This document shows, piece by piece, positions 40,352 through 58,508 of a stretch of 64,000 nt of DNA. The stretch is from the NCBI GenBank assembly GCA_021613535.1, contig CP075495.1, forward strand, positions 2,294,001-2,358,000, written 5' to 3'. This stretch comes from Adineta vaga. Taxonomy: Eukaryota; Animalia; Rotifera. The position numbers and the translations under genes were made by a program. Each line of letters starts with the position of its first letter. The stretch's first letter is position 1. The notes beneath the pieces were generated by a model that had not been told where the DNA came from, ran no database searches, and saw only the letters and a program-made list of their open reading frames with translations.

Positions 40352-43300
40352 ATGTATCCCTATGTACTTGATGGATTGACAGTGTTATTTCCATTTGAAC
40401 CTTATCAATGTCAATTGGATTATATGAAAGCAGTTGTAGAATGTTTGACGAAGGTTAAAACTTTTCTATCGAGTAATAAAACTTTATTTCATGCAGTTGT
40501 TTTCGATTTCTAGGGACAAAATGGTATTCTGGAAAGTCCAACTGGTAAGGACAAATTTTGTTTTTGCATAATTTGTTACAACAAATCAATATTGTAGGTA
40601 CTGGTAAAACTCTCTCGCTTCTTTGTGCTTCACTTGCTTGGCTTGAACAATATAAAATTCTCAACACAGATTCAAACGGTAGTATTATCTTTGAAAAATA
40701 CAACACTATTTGAGATACAAGTATATTTAGAAGCACCAGTTCAGATAATCTATGCATCACGTACTCATTCTCAATTAGCACAAGTTGTTAAAGAGTTCAA
40801 ATCAACTGGTTATAAGTATGACAAATAAGATTACTCGATATTATCCAATTTTATTTTATTTCCATTCTAGTCGTATGAAAATAACTGTTTTAGGTTCGCG
40901 TGATCAACTGTGTATTCATCCTGAAGTAAAAGCATTGGAAAATACATCCGATAAAATATCAGTATGTCGAGAGAAAGTTCGTCGAAAGACATGCCTATTT
41001 CATCGAAATTTTGAAAGTAAACTATTTTAAATGGAAATAATTCAATTAATCAAATGATTCTGTTGAATTTTTAGTGGCTAAACCTGAAGTAGTCAAATTA
41101 CCACCAATGGATATCGAAGATCTAGTCAAAGAAGGCATACAAAAAAAGTATATGAATGATTTGTAATGAAATTCAATACTATGGATTATTTTAGATTTTG
41201 TCCATATTTTGCTGCAAGAGAATTGAAAGAAAAAGCAGATATTATTTTTATGCCATATAATTATTTACTTGATGCAAAAGTATGTTAATTTAAAATCCTA
41301 CGATGAAAGTGAAGTATAATTTATTTTAGGCTCGTCGAATTCATAAAATTAATGTTCGAAAATGTGTGATTATATTTGATGAAGCTCATAATATTGAACA
41401 ACAATGTGAAGATGCTGCTTCGGTGGTAATTAGTTCATTAGATCTAGCTGGTTGTCTCGAAGATATAACTAAAGTAATGCAATGGATGATTGATTCTCAA
41501 TCATCAACAACAGCACCAGTCGACGACAATGATGAGAACAATATTGATGCAAATGGTAAATCATTTATTTGTTATCACATATATTCTTGTTTTGAAGTAA
41601 GAATGACTCTTCTTTTCTGTTTTTTTTTATAGCTTTAACAGTCACACAAGATCAAATCTGTAGTTTGAAATGTAAGTAGACATACATATTATTTGAAATG
41701 AATTTTTCGGATTTAATTTCGTGAAGTAAAAGTTATTAAATTGGAAGAATCGTTGGATAATATGAAGACAACTAAAGGAAATATACCATCACCTGGCGAG
41801 TAAGTTTAAATAAAATAGAAATTAGATTGAAGATAATTCTTACGATTAGTACTGCTTACAAATGGTTAAAAGGTTCCGATATTGATTTCAATCCACAAGG
41901 AGATATTCAACATCTATTGGATATAAATCAATTTATTGTAGCTCGATGTAAGTACAATATTCTCTATAGAATTATATATCGTTCGTTTTCTAATTTAGCG
42001 GGTACAATCTTTCGTTCAAAGGGACAATCACTTTTGAAATTATCAGAATTTATTGAAGTAAAATGAATTTCTTCGTTATTTTTTATCAGAATTTGATATA
42101 AAATTTTAATTATACTAGACGGTCTATCCATTAGATGAAAATGGTCAACCATTATTTACAATTGATATGGATGCTCATAGAAAAAGTGTTTTCAAAGTAG
42201 ATAATCGTTGTCTTTTGTATTTAACTACAATTGAAAATAACCATTTGTATCTCTAGGTCTATGTCGAAGAAGAGAGTGCTAATACTGAACAAAGACCATC
42301 CATTATTGTTGCAAAACGTTAGTAAAAAATATAATGAAATATTATCTTTTAATTGTAATATTCTCAGGACCAAAAAAAATTCATTATTGGTGTTTATCAC
42401 CTGGTTTTGCCATGAGACAACTATGTATGCAAAATACAAGATCGATTCTTTTAACTAGTGGAACACTTTCGCCAATTGATTCTTTTAAATCACAATTAGC
42501 CATGTAAGATCTCTTGAGAATTATACATAATATATGTGTATTTATTCTAGTCCATTTGATATTGTTATTCAAAACAATCATATTATTGAAGAGAATCAAT
42601 TATTTGCAGCTATTTTACCTCGAGCAGCTGGTAATAAACATATTCTCACATCTGTTTATCGAACAAGGTAATACTTAAACTTCTATCGCTTTCTTTATCA
42701 AACAGAAATACGTTGTTTTACAATAGACAAAATCCTGAATATCAAGAAGCGTTAGGTCAAACATTACATAATGTCATTAAAAATATACCCGGTGGTGTTC
42801 TTGTCTTCTTTCCTTGTTATAAAATGATTGAAGAAGTTGTTGCAACATGGAAGGTAAGTTTCAATTATTTCCGATCATCGATATAAAGTAAAATTTCTCT
42901 CATTTGAATAAAACATTTAGAATAATGCAACATTTGAAACAATGAATCAACGAAAACGAGTTCTTATTGAACAAAGAAATAAAACGAAATTCGAAAGTCA
43001 AATGAAAGAATTCAATACAATCATTGAATCTGATGAACGTGGTGCAATGTTATTTGCAGTTGCACGAGGAAAACTTAGTGAAGGCATTGATTTTAGTGAT
43101 AAATCATGTCGAGCTGTTATTATTATTGGAATTCCATTTGCACCACATCAAGATCGACGAGTAATTGCTAAAAGACATTATCTTGATGAAATGAATCGAG
43201 GAAATGTAAGTTAAACTTGATTTGTTGTATAGAGATTCAATAGTTCAGTTTTCATTCGTAATAGAAAGAAGCAAAAGCAGGCGATACATGGTATAATCAA

Positions 43301-44807
43301 CAAGCATTTCGAGCGATCAATCAATGTGTCGGACGTGTTATTCGACATCGACGTGATTATGGTGCTGTTCTATTCTTTGATCAACGGTTGTGTAGATATA
43401 GTTTATTTAGTTTTGTTGAAATGTATTATCATGTATACTTTTTTTTGTTTATAGATTTAAAGAAAATACAGATAAACTATCGAAATGGCTTTGTCCATTT
43501 GTTCATTCAGTAGATTTCACTGGCATGATGAAAGGTTTAAAAGATTTCTTTGCACAAGTTAGTTTCGTCTATTCTTCTTTTCATTGAAATCTCTATTCTT
43601 GATTTTCGATTAGTATTCATCAACTGCAATTGCTCAACAACTCAAACGTCCTGTTCAACAAGCATTCTTTGAATCTATGGGACATACAACTACGATAACA
43701 AAATCTTCCATGCAACAGACAGTATCGTCAGAAGACATTCTTCAAACAACAATAAAACAATCGAGTAAGTATTACCAATAATAGTCGTAATTAGATATTA
43801 TTTCTTCGATCTTTACAGTTGAGATTTCGATAAAACCTACGGAACAAAACACTTCAACTGAACCAAATGTTGTTCATAAATCCTTATTCGATGCAATATC
43901 TTCAACACAACGAGTAAGATGAAAATTAGCTATTGAGACTTCTATATTATATATATATTTGTAGACTGGTGTTACAACATCTGTACCAAGCATTGGACTC
44001 GATGATGTTTGTATTCTTGTTGAATCTCAACTAGATTTATTTGAATGCTTTGAAATTTTTAGAAACAACGTAATTTTGATGCAATGCTAGAATTGAAACG
44101 ACGTGATACAACACGAATAGATACATTATCAAAGAAATTTCTGTCGACAATGGGAACAGTAAATCAAGATCGCTTATAGCTTTATAGTCTATGTTGTCTC
44201 TGCTATTTAGTTTGAAGATACTTCATCAGGTTCACAAAATAACACTTCTCCAGCATCTGCATTGAATGCGAAAACTTCTGAATACAGAGAACTTCTAACT
44301 CAAGTAGTCGAATGTATGAATTCTATCTTAATCAAACTATTTAATTGTAGTTAAAATCGGCTATGCCACATGGAATCTATCCACGTTTTACACATATGTT
44401 ACAAGATCATAAAACTCATAAAATAGATCGAGAAATTTATTTGAAATTACAAACAATCTTAGTTGAAAGTCTAGCAAAAAACCATCATAAACTTTTTATG
44501 GGTAATATTGATCGATAGAATAGGAATAAATAAACTCGAACATTTCTTATAGATATGGCTCGACATATTAGTGTACAATTTCGACAAGAATACATTCAAA
44601 CAGGACAAAACTATTGTCTATCAAATAATACTCAGCAGAACAATGAAAATTTGATCAATAATAAAAGAAAAGATCTATCATCATCCAGTGATTTAGAAAT
44701 ACCTGCAGCAAAAGTAGTTAAAAGTAAGTTGTATTGTAATGATATGCTATTTGTTATATTGGGAAATTTTAGCCGGTCATAGCAATAATCCATTTCGATG
44801 TAAATGA
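40352..44807 (+). CDS. RTEL1: Regulator of telomere elongation helicase 1 (Fe-S helicase)
   Basis: [88 protein letters not shown]-terminal harmonin-like domain. Confidence 0.93.
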
Positions 44808-45364
44808 TTAATTTGATCGAACTAACCGTGTCTATGTTTCAATCTATATTGTGAAAATAAGAAATTAATATCTATTTTTGTGTCTTTATTATCGTTCATT
44901 TTGTATTTTCTATTTGTGTATAATGAAATAAAACATTCGATTATATTTCGTTGCAAGTTGAAGAAAATATTGATCACACAATACAGCACATATTGAGAGT
45001 GTGAATGTAATATGATATGACTATAGTATTTTCTGATACAATAATAAAACGAAAAATAAAAAGAATATAATATTTACGTTTTAATCCTAGATGGATTATT
45101 GTTATTTCTTTCAAGTTGAAATTGTTCTTGCGAAGAAAATCAATTACATTCTATCAAAAAAGCATAAGAAATAATCAATTCTATGGTAATGTTCTTTCTT
45201 TTTGTATTAAGTACTTTGACAACTAATGCCATCTATCTCAATTGTCCTTATGGTTAGTACAATGTCGATAACCAACATATAGTCGAGTCCTTCACTTTGA
45301 GGTTCATTTTGATGTTCTTTTCTTTTATCAGCTGTACGTCAAACAAATTTATTAGAGTTCTATA

Positions 45365-47051
45365 ATGGGCAATACATCATCAAATACTACGACAACACAT
45401 TCTAAAACATCAGAAATTGATGCTCAACAGAAAACAAAAATCTATGAACAAATTCTTTATTTATTATCCCAAGTAATAGAATTCTACTTGATTTTTGTTT
45501 TTATTACTAACTATTTGAACATATTTTAGTCATGTACTGATGATCAATTTCCTTTGAATATATTCCATCAAAAAGCAGATATATCAACTCATCATCGAAT
45601 CATTGAAATTGTATCAACTCCAAGGCAAAGTGATGAATTTTCTAATCTTTTAGTTAAACTTTATTGGAATAATCGTCCGACTATTTCTCGTGATGGTATG
45701 AATATTCATCTTTAATTACATTAAAAAGAAAGTCAACTGAATTAATATTTAGATGTAACAAAACTTATTCATGATTGTTGTATGTTCGATATAAAACAAA
45801 TTTTAGCAGAGAATGGTCACACATTTCACTCAAATATGATTGATAACGATTGTTTTACAGCATTAACAAATAGTATTAGTACATCGGCGAATTCACAAAT
45901 GGAACAGGAAGAATTTTATCATTGGGTACGTGTACAATTTCCAACATTATTCTATGGTTTGGAATTATGGCTTCGAAAACATGCAACATCAACAGAAAGT
46001 ATCAAAGGATCTGCTACGGTAAGTTTCAACAATATAATCAATCATTCCTTTTCTAATAAGCTTGTAATATTTTAGAATCGTACCTTAATGCAAATGAATA
46101 ATATTCTCAATCCAACATGGGTTTGGTTATTAACTCATCAACTTCCTATTTCATATCTTTCTGCTGACAATAGTTGTACGAATTTATTCGATCGAATGTC
46201 ATCAGTTTTGGTAAATTGTTTTTTGTTTGTTCTTCATGTATGATTTATGATTTTCTAATATCTATATAGCACGGTCGAATGTGGGATCATTTATATAATA
46301 GTCATCAAGATGGTGCAAGTTTAAATCGGTATGTAATATTTTCGATAATATTTCATTATTTTATTGATAATTTTCTTCAACAGATTTCAACATCATATTT
46401 TTGGTTATAAAGCATCGTTAGTTATGCTATTTGAAGTATCGGATGGTTATTTATTTTGTTTATGTTGTGATGAAGAGTTTAGGTATGAAAGTATTTCATC
46501 GATCTTTTTGTTTCAAATGGATCTATTGTTACTTTTCTTTTAGAGAATCACCTAAATACTTTGGTGGAATTCAAACATGTTTATTACAATTAAAACCAGT
46601 TTTTAAACTTGTTCTTGGTAAGAGAAAAAAAAGATGTGTTTCTCTCAAATATAAGTTTTCTTTCGTTTTCAGAAGGTCCACATACGATTTTTATGAATAC
46701 AAAACTACGTAGTATGTCAACACTTGGATTATGTGTTGGCCGTGATCATAGCCATACATTCTTGAATATTGATGAAGATTTCTTTAATGTCAAACATATA
46801 AATGGTGATGGTCGTCTTGTTGCTATAGATGTATGGGGTGTTGGAGGAAAGAAGAGTGCCGAAGAACAGCAAGATCTGCGTCATTGGGAAGAAAAGCAAG
46901 TGGAAAAAAGTCGAAAAGTAAGAATAACAGACGAAAATTTTCCTTATTCTCTATCGAATTATTTATCTAGGTAAAAAGATCATATGAAGAAGAAGAAGCT
47001 GTTCTAAATATGGCTGGAATTGAAACACGTCATAATAAAGATCAATTTTAA
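45365..47051 (+). CDS. TLDc domain protein (MEAK7/Rtc5-like), predicted N-myristoylation
   Basis: MGNTSS N-terminus; WDHLYNSHQDGASLNRF, KYFGG, LLQLKPVF, IDVWGVGG; C-terminal AVLNMAG. Confidence 0.8.
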
Positions 47052-47179
47052 CCTTTTTTTCTTTTAATTTCTTGTATATTTGCAATAAAGATGGATGAAA
47101 AATGGAGTGCGGACGAGAAAGAGAATTTGAGAACGACGAAAATGAAGTTAATTATTCGAAAAGTTTTAGATAGATTTGA

Positions 47180-50100
47180 ATGGCCAATGTTTTTCGACAA
47201 TTTTTACTCGATGCAGAAAATGGAGATATCAATGCAGTAAAGAGAAATATTGAAAATGGAATTGATTTAGAAACACGCGATGAAGTAAGACAGAATTATA
47301 AATGAATTAAATATATTGATTATCCACTATTCTAGGATCAACAAACTGCACTTATTTTAGCTGCACGATGTAATCATTTTGAATGTGTTAAAGTTCTTAT
47401 TGAAGCTAATGCTGATGTAAATGTAGAAGATGTGGTTAGTTCTCATCAGTATTGAAATTACTATGTTAATTATTGTTATTTTCATTTGTATCTAGGATAA
47501 TTGGACAGCTTTATTAAATGCAGCTCAGAATGGAAATATAAATATTGTTCGTATTCTTGTTGAACATGATGCACAACTTGAACATTGCGATTGTGTATGT
47601 ATAGAATGATATGGAAGAGAACATCTATGTTACATATTTCTGATTTCATAGGGGCAATTTACACCTTTAATGTGGGCAGCTTATCAGGGACATGTAAAAA
47701 TAGTGGATTATCTATTGAGTTGTGGTGCTAATGTTGATGCAATTGATGTACATGGAATATCGAGTTTAAGTTGGGCAGCTGGACGAAATTCTTCTGAAAT
47801 TGTTGCGTCGTTACTTCGTGCTGGAGCTTCACCCAATTTATGCGATAAGAATAATACAACGCCATTAATCTGGGCTAGTCGACGTGGTATGTATCAACAA
47901 ATCTATATTGAAGTAATTTGATCTTATTTATCTGTTAGGTTATACGGAGGTTGTTGATTTATTGCTGAAACATAATGCCAGTGTAAATAATATTGGAATG
48001 AAAAATATGACAGCATTACTCATGGCGACGAAAGGCGGACATACAGAAACAGCTCTTCGTCTACTTGAAAGTCGAATTATTGATATTAAAATTCAAGATA
48101 AAGTAAGACTAATAATTAAATATCGCAACAAATAATTATTGAATAGGATGGACAAACACCATTGAGTCATGCATGTGCTCAAGGTTTGACAGATGTTGTT
48201 GCTGAACTTGTTCGACGTCATGCATATGTTAATACAGTTGATAAAGTATGATATTAAATCTTGAGTAGATTTTACATAAATGAATGAATGATTGTTTTAT
48301 TTAGAATGGTGATCCAGTTCTTTTCTTTGCTGTCAAAGGTGGAAAAGAAGATTGTGTTGCGATCATATTAGAAAATCATGCTGATATCAATACAATTGGT
48401 GCTGTAAGTGTTTCTTTTTATTAGAATGTTACATTGTGAAGTATGATTTCTTATTACTAATAAGGAAAATAAAACAGCAATTTGGTGGGCAGTAGAAAGA
48501 GGTCGAATTGATGTAGTGAAATATCTTCTTCAATTTAATCCTGATGTTGAAGTTGCAGGTGGCGAAGATGATGATACACCACTTTTATTAGCAGCCAAAC
48601 GAAAACGTGTTGCAATTGTATATGAACTTATTAAATATGGTGCTAAACTATCATCGACTGATCGAGTAGGATTTTTTTCTCGTAAAATTTCTTTTTCTAA
48701 TTGATATTCAATTCTTTAGTACGGAGATAATAGTTTACATATTGCTTTACGTAATCGTAGTCGTGATATTGCTGATATTTTACTTTCTAATCCACGTCAT
48801 TCGAAATATCTCTATCGACCTAATAAACGTGGTGAAACACCATATAAAATTGATTCCAGCCTACAAAAAAGTATTTTAACTACTATTTTTGGACAACGTA
48901 TGTAAATGTCTCTTTTTGTTGAATACTGTAAAAAAAACTTGATTGATGTATTTAGGAACCTTGAATTTAAATGATGATTCGATTCTTGGTTATGATTTAT
49001 ATTCATCAGCATTAGCAGAAATTTTAAGTGAACCTTCACTTCGAACTCCTATCACTGTAGTAAGTAGAACATCATGTTTTATTCACTGTCATCATTCGAA
49101 AATTATTATGTATAGGGTCTCTATGCTAAATGGGGTAGTGGAAAATCAGCATTATTAACACATTTAAAAGGTAACATTCTTCATATCACATAATGATCGA
49201 TCATTTTTGTTTTTTTGCTTCTAGAGGAAATGTATAGTTTTGCACAATTGACAGGTATATCATCGTCACAAAACTAACTTTTTACTCTTACATGTCAAAA
49301 CTATTTTGTAGATTTTCCAACCATGAAATTTTCTCCATTACTCATCTCAGTTATAATTCTTTTTACCATAATCGTCGGTCTTCTTACTGGTTTTACAATT
49401 CATTATATTGTTGGCATATCATTGAGTGTTGCCACAGTGATTAGTATTTTGGCTTTTCTTTTTCTTATTCGATATCTACTTCGTCATAAAGATTATGTTT
49501 GGACTGCGAATATTGCCCAATTTATTAAGAAACGTTTAGAAATCTTACGATTTTTACTTCAAGTACTTTTTATGAATCCCTATATGCATCGACGTTTAAA
49601 AACAAATGATACAGTCGATTGTCAAAAAATGAAGTAAATTGAACTTGGATTCTAATCATCATTAATGAATGTTTTTTTGCAGATTTATCTATACAGAATA
49701 TGGAAAAGTTTCAACAGTCGAAGGTGATAAAGCAAGTGCTGGAATGATTGCTGAATTAGCTATAAATGTAGAAGAAACATATGGTGTTGTTGCAACACGT
49801 CTATGTCGAGCACTTCATTCAAAAGGTTTTGCTAACAGAATATATATATTTACATAAATATTTCATATGCATGAATTAGATCTAAGTCGTCATCGATTTC
49901 GATATATCTGCTGTATTCCTGCATTCGTGTTTGTTGCAATTCAAATATCTCTTGTTATAGCATTGAGCATTCTAGCTCTAATCAATGGTATGATTGAATG
50001 GAATATACTTTGAATGAATAAGTATATGTTTTATGATGATTGTAGGAATTCCAGCCAGTCATAGACCTGTAAATATGGCTTATATTTCATTGGCAAGTAT

Positions 50101-53100
50101 ACTTGGTGTTTCAATGTTATTAAGTGTTGCAACTTGGGTACGATTATTACTGGCATTGATGAAATCACCAAAATCGAAGATTATGAAATTTTCTGACAAT
50201 TCATCACGTTTGAATGATAATGCAATTTATCGATTGAAAAAAGAAGTAAATTAATGTCTAAGATTTGTCTTCAATGCGATTAATTTATTGATATTTTTAT
50301 ATTCTTAGGTTAGTCAATTATCATATATTATCAAATCTGTTGAAGCTTTTCTTGGAATTAATACACGTTTAGTCGTACTTATCGATGGTTTAGATGTTTG
50401 TGAACAACAACGTATTCTTCAAATACTCGATGTAAATTCGGCGAATTTGTTTTTTTCGAAGAAAAATTTCATTTTCTTCTCAATTTTAGCAAGTACATGT
50501 ACTTTTAACAAAAGAAAATGATCCATTTATAACATTAATTGTTTGTGATCCACATAAAATGATGCAAGATTTATCTACCAATATGCCTGTTCATTCAACA
50601 ATTGCACAAAATCAAGGTTTTGATACCAGTGTAAATGGTCATGATTACCTATGTTCAATTATTCAATTACCGATCTATTTACAATTGAATATGAGTAAAA
50701 CAAAACAAATGAAAAAAAATGCAGATGGATTTCCAAAGAAAAGACAGAATGTATATTTTTCTATGATTAGTTTTTCTTCGATATGAATACGATAGTCTAA
50801 TTTTAGACTTTGAATTATGGTGCATCAATCCTTGATGTTAGTAGTAAATCAGCAGCGGCAGCAGCGACAACGAATAAACTTCCAAAAAATAAACGACGTC
50901 GACAACGACGAGATACATTACCGAATACGAAACCTGTATGTTTCATATGCATTCTCTTTTTATCAATTGAATTCATTGTTTCATTTGATGTTAGGTAACA
51001 ACATCTGAATTAACGAATCATTTGTTACAATCCGATTATTTTCTTGATATTAATCCAAGAATTCTCCAACGATTGATTAATATCATTGGCATGACGGGAC
51101 GATTACTACGTGCTAATCAAGTTTTATTCAGTTGGAAACGACTTGGATGTTGGTCATATTTAGTCGAACAATGGCCATATCGTATTACATGGATTATTGT
51201 CTTTTATGAAGATCATGAACAAGAATATTCAGAAGATAGTGTATTGAAAACTTTATATGATAAGTATGTGTTCTTTCATTATTTGTCAAAATATGATCCT
51301 ATTGAAATGTATATTTATTCTTTTCTAGAATCAAACCATATATTCCAACAGCGAATGATCCTCTTTTAGAACTCGATCGTAATGGACGTAAATTTGAATT
51401 GTGTTTAGAACGAGGTGAACCTGTTTTAAATGTAACTGATCTAAAACAATTTCTTCCATGTACATGTAATCTTGATCCATATTTAAACAAACTTATTCGA
51501 GGTATATACTTCTAGTGTTTTTTTTTCGAAAGAAAACTTATTTTTAAATCGATCTATTCCATAGATTCTGTTGCTTATTTTTATATGAATAATTCGGATG
51601 AAAACGGTTATATCAATAGTGATGCAGCAAGATTTCTTTCTCGTCGTGATTCTACGTATGTATTTTAATTTAAAACAAAAAACAAGAAGAGATTGTTCAA
51701 CGAATACTTTATACTTTTTCATTCAGAGATTTTTATCATAATCATTATACTAATGGGTAAAATCATAAGAATAAAAGATACTATTTCACCGATGCATGAG
51801 CAGAATTTCTTTTTATTTTGCAAATTTTCTTTCGTAGATTTCATCAAAACAGAATTTATTTATTAATTGTTGTTCTTGTTGTTCTAGGTTTTCTGGTCGT
51901 AGCGGATTTTTTCAACAAGGATCTATGGGACGACGTAAGAGTGTATTACATCCACGGTTCAATCAAAATGGTCCAGATTCTTTCGGTAGGGAAGGAAAAT
52001 TTTGTAAAACAAAAGAATTACATACAACTGTTATATTTTAGGAAATCAGCATCGTCCATCTGTTGATTTTCTTTCTCAACGTTTATTTTCTCAAGTAGCA
52101 ATGAAAAAACGTGCTGATGATGAAGAAAGTCATCTTCGTACGTCATCAATGTCGTCAACATCAGCACCTGTTGTACCACCATTGATTAATTCTAAACTAC
52201 CTCGAACAACTGAAACGTCTGCAAATGTTAAAGTAAAGATATTTCATTCAAATTTTTTTCGTTCGAAATATTCATTGAAAATAATAATAGGTTGATCTAT
52301 CACCTCCATTGAGTCAGATGTCTGTCAATGATGTATGCGATTGTTTGAAGAATGATATTGTTGGTTTGAAAACATCAATGATACCAATTTATACACAAGA
52401 TTTTAATGAATATAATATTAGTGGACAAGTATTAGTAACATGTGTACTTGATGAATTAAAACAGGTAGAATTAGTCAATAGTTTCATTTGAATTTCTATT
52501 CAAACTTTTCGTTCTTAAGATTCTTTCGATGACATTTGGTGATTGGGTTTTATTTAGTAATTGGGTTGAAACTAAACGCGAAGAAGAAAGGTAAAATTTA
52601 ATTATTTATCGAATTAATAAGTCAAATCTTGTTTTTTACAGACGATCTCGATTTCATCTTCCATCTCAATCAACATCTGGCATGAATAATAACCATCTTA
52701 CTCATTCTAATCTTGATACATTCAATGAATATCAATTTTATACTGAGAATAGTGTGCTCGGTGCTGCACTCAATCGTTTAATGTCACCAACTACCGCTAC
52801 GAATTCTCTAGAAGATTCACGACCTGTTGGTACTGAAGGTGTGTCAATTGTTTCTGCACCAAAAAATGTCAAATTTCTCATACCTCTTGGTCGATCTGGT
52901 ATAACATCGAATGAAAGTACATTTGGAGTTGTTGATTCGACGACTCGAACAATAACTCATGTTAAAGATATATTTCCATTACCATCTCAATCAATACATA
53001 ATGGAGAAGAATCAGTACTTTCTTCCGGAAATTCCGCAACTATTTTTGAATCAGGACGTCGTCAAGATCAAAATGAAATGAATAAAAATGATCCTGAACA

Positions 53101-53134
53101 ACAAACACTACTTCCTGAAAAGAACTCAAATTAA
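47180..53134 (+). CDS. KIDINS220: Kinase D-interacting substrate 220 / ARMS
   Basis: Ankyrin repeats, KAP P-loop NTPase ([35 protein letters not shown]), TM helices, [21 protein letters not shown]-like domain. Confidence 0.93.
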
Positions 53135-53959
53135 TTAAATCAAATTTTTTCGACGAACTTCTCAATATTTTTCTCTCTCTCTCTCTTTACATCTAACTTT
53201 TTAACATATAGTCTTTATTTCTTTCGTTCAGTATATTTTATTTTATTGATCTCTTTTATTTCAACAGTCATAAGTTTTGTCAAATGATTCCGGTGAATGA
53301 AAAAAAAAACACAATATCAATAAACGAATTTCTATTTCAGTAACAATAATAAGATCTTCACTAATTCAATCTAAGATAAAACAATTGATTTTATGCATAT
53401 ATTTTCTGAACTAAACAAAAACAAAGGAATGTCATCGTACTTGAGCGACATCTATTTGATGTTGTTTTTTATTTTTCTATCATTTATTCTTTGATTTTTC
53501 TAAAGAAATCAAATAAGTTTGTTATAATCGGTTAATATTTTCTCAAATCTCGAATAATTCTCGACAATTGTTATTTTTCAACAATTCTCTGTTGCATTGG
53601 CAGATGACAAAGATGATGAGGAGATGATATGTGAGAGAAAGAGAGAGAGAGAGAAAGCGAGCGAGGAAAAAAGAATAAATAAACAAGTGAGGACGGAAAA
53701 GAAAAGAGACGTTAGTTAGTTCAATCCATTGGTTCACACGGTAAAAACCAAATGTTTAGAATCAGAATTTCATCATTAAGATTTTGTTTATCAATGATTT
53801 ATTTTGTCTTTACCTTTTCATCGTATTTCGTAATAATTTTCATCATTATTTTGTTTTCAATTTAAGTTTTAGAAAAAAAAAATAAATAAATTTTTAACAT
53901 CAATAACCTTTCTCTTCCTTTAAAAAAAATACGAAAAAATTATCAAGCAATAAAATAGG

Positions 53960-57376
<3,417 letters not shown>

Positions 57377-58508
57377 AAAATATCATTAACTAAATAATCA
57401 ACATCCTTCCCAATGACGCGCAATCTCATTCATCAACAATCATTTGTTACACACATGATACCTTTCTCTCTCTTTCTCTCTCTCTCTCTTCTTTTTTTTG
57501 ACAAAAACAAACTGTTTTCTTTTTCTTCGCTCTTTGTTTGATTGTTCAATGTTATGTTCGTTTCATTTCACATACTTACACCTAAACGGACCGGCGCTGA
57601 TTCGCTATTTTTTTCTCGCTCTTTTTTCTCTTTCCTTGCCGACAGCGACGGCCCACCGGTCTTCTATCGATTTTAAACTTAATTTTTTTGTTTATTTCAA
57701 TGTTTCTTTCGTTCTATCACTGTCTCTTTTTTTTCTCCTCCGTATATTTTCTTTCTCGCTCTTCATACAGTGTGTGTGTGTGCGTTTATTTAAAACGATG
57801 ATACTCGACTTTTTTTCGAAATCATATGTTTGGAAAACGATGATTTCGAAAGAGAGTGTCGTCTTTATATTTATGAAGACGCTTCTAAGCGTCATTTGAG
57901 AAGTTTGGATGTTAAATTATACGAAAACGAAATGAATGAGATAAAAAGAAAAGAATAGGAAACTTATAAAAACAACAAAAACTCCTAGGTTAATACAACT
58001 ATTCACTTAACAAGATAGATTCATTCATTGTTTTTAAATAAACTTTAAAAAAATTATTACAGTATACTTTCAAAGAAAACTTCATCTAGTTACAATCGAC
58101 ATTCATAACAGAACGTATTTAGTTATTAATGAAAACTCTGTGTTAAACGATCATTTATCTAATTTCATAATGATAATAAACTTTGTAAACAATTCAATTC
58201 AAACGAATGTGATAATATATATGTACTTGTGGATCTTTTTCATAACAAAACAATTCATGAATCATGAATTTCTTCATGTGATTTTGAGGGTCATAGATAA
58301 AAGTTGTCTTTTATTTTTCGAAAAAAATATATTATATTTCATCTGTTTTTTGTTCTTCTTCATCATTATTATTTTCTTTCTTAAGTCAGCTGCACTTTGG
58401 ATAGAAAAAAAATATCTTTAAACGACGGGAAAATAGATAAGAGATAACAATGCTTTCTCTCTGTAATATTTTCTTCATTTCACATAACTATTCACTTGTT
58501 TCAACATC

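Noticed and set aside
53630-53680. Purine tract upstream of DDX3 complementary to 3' UTR pyrimidine tracts
   Set aside because: Low-complexity GA/CT sequence; complementarity expected by chance.
58381-58400. AAGT-CAGCTGC-ACTT as an iron-responsive element
   Set aside because: Loop is not CAGUGN and the stem lacks the C-bulge geometry.
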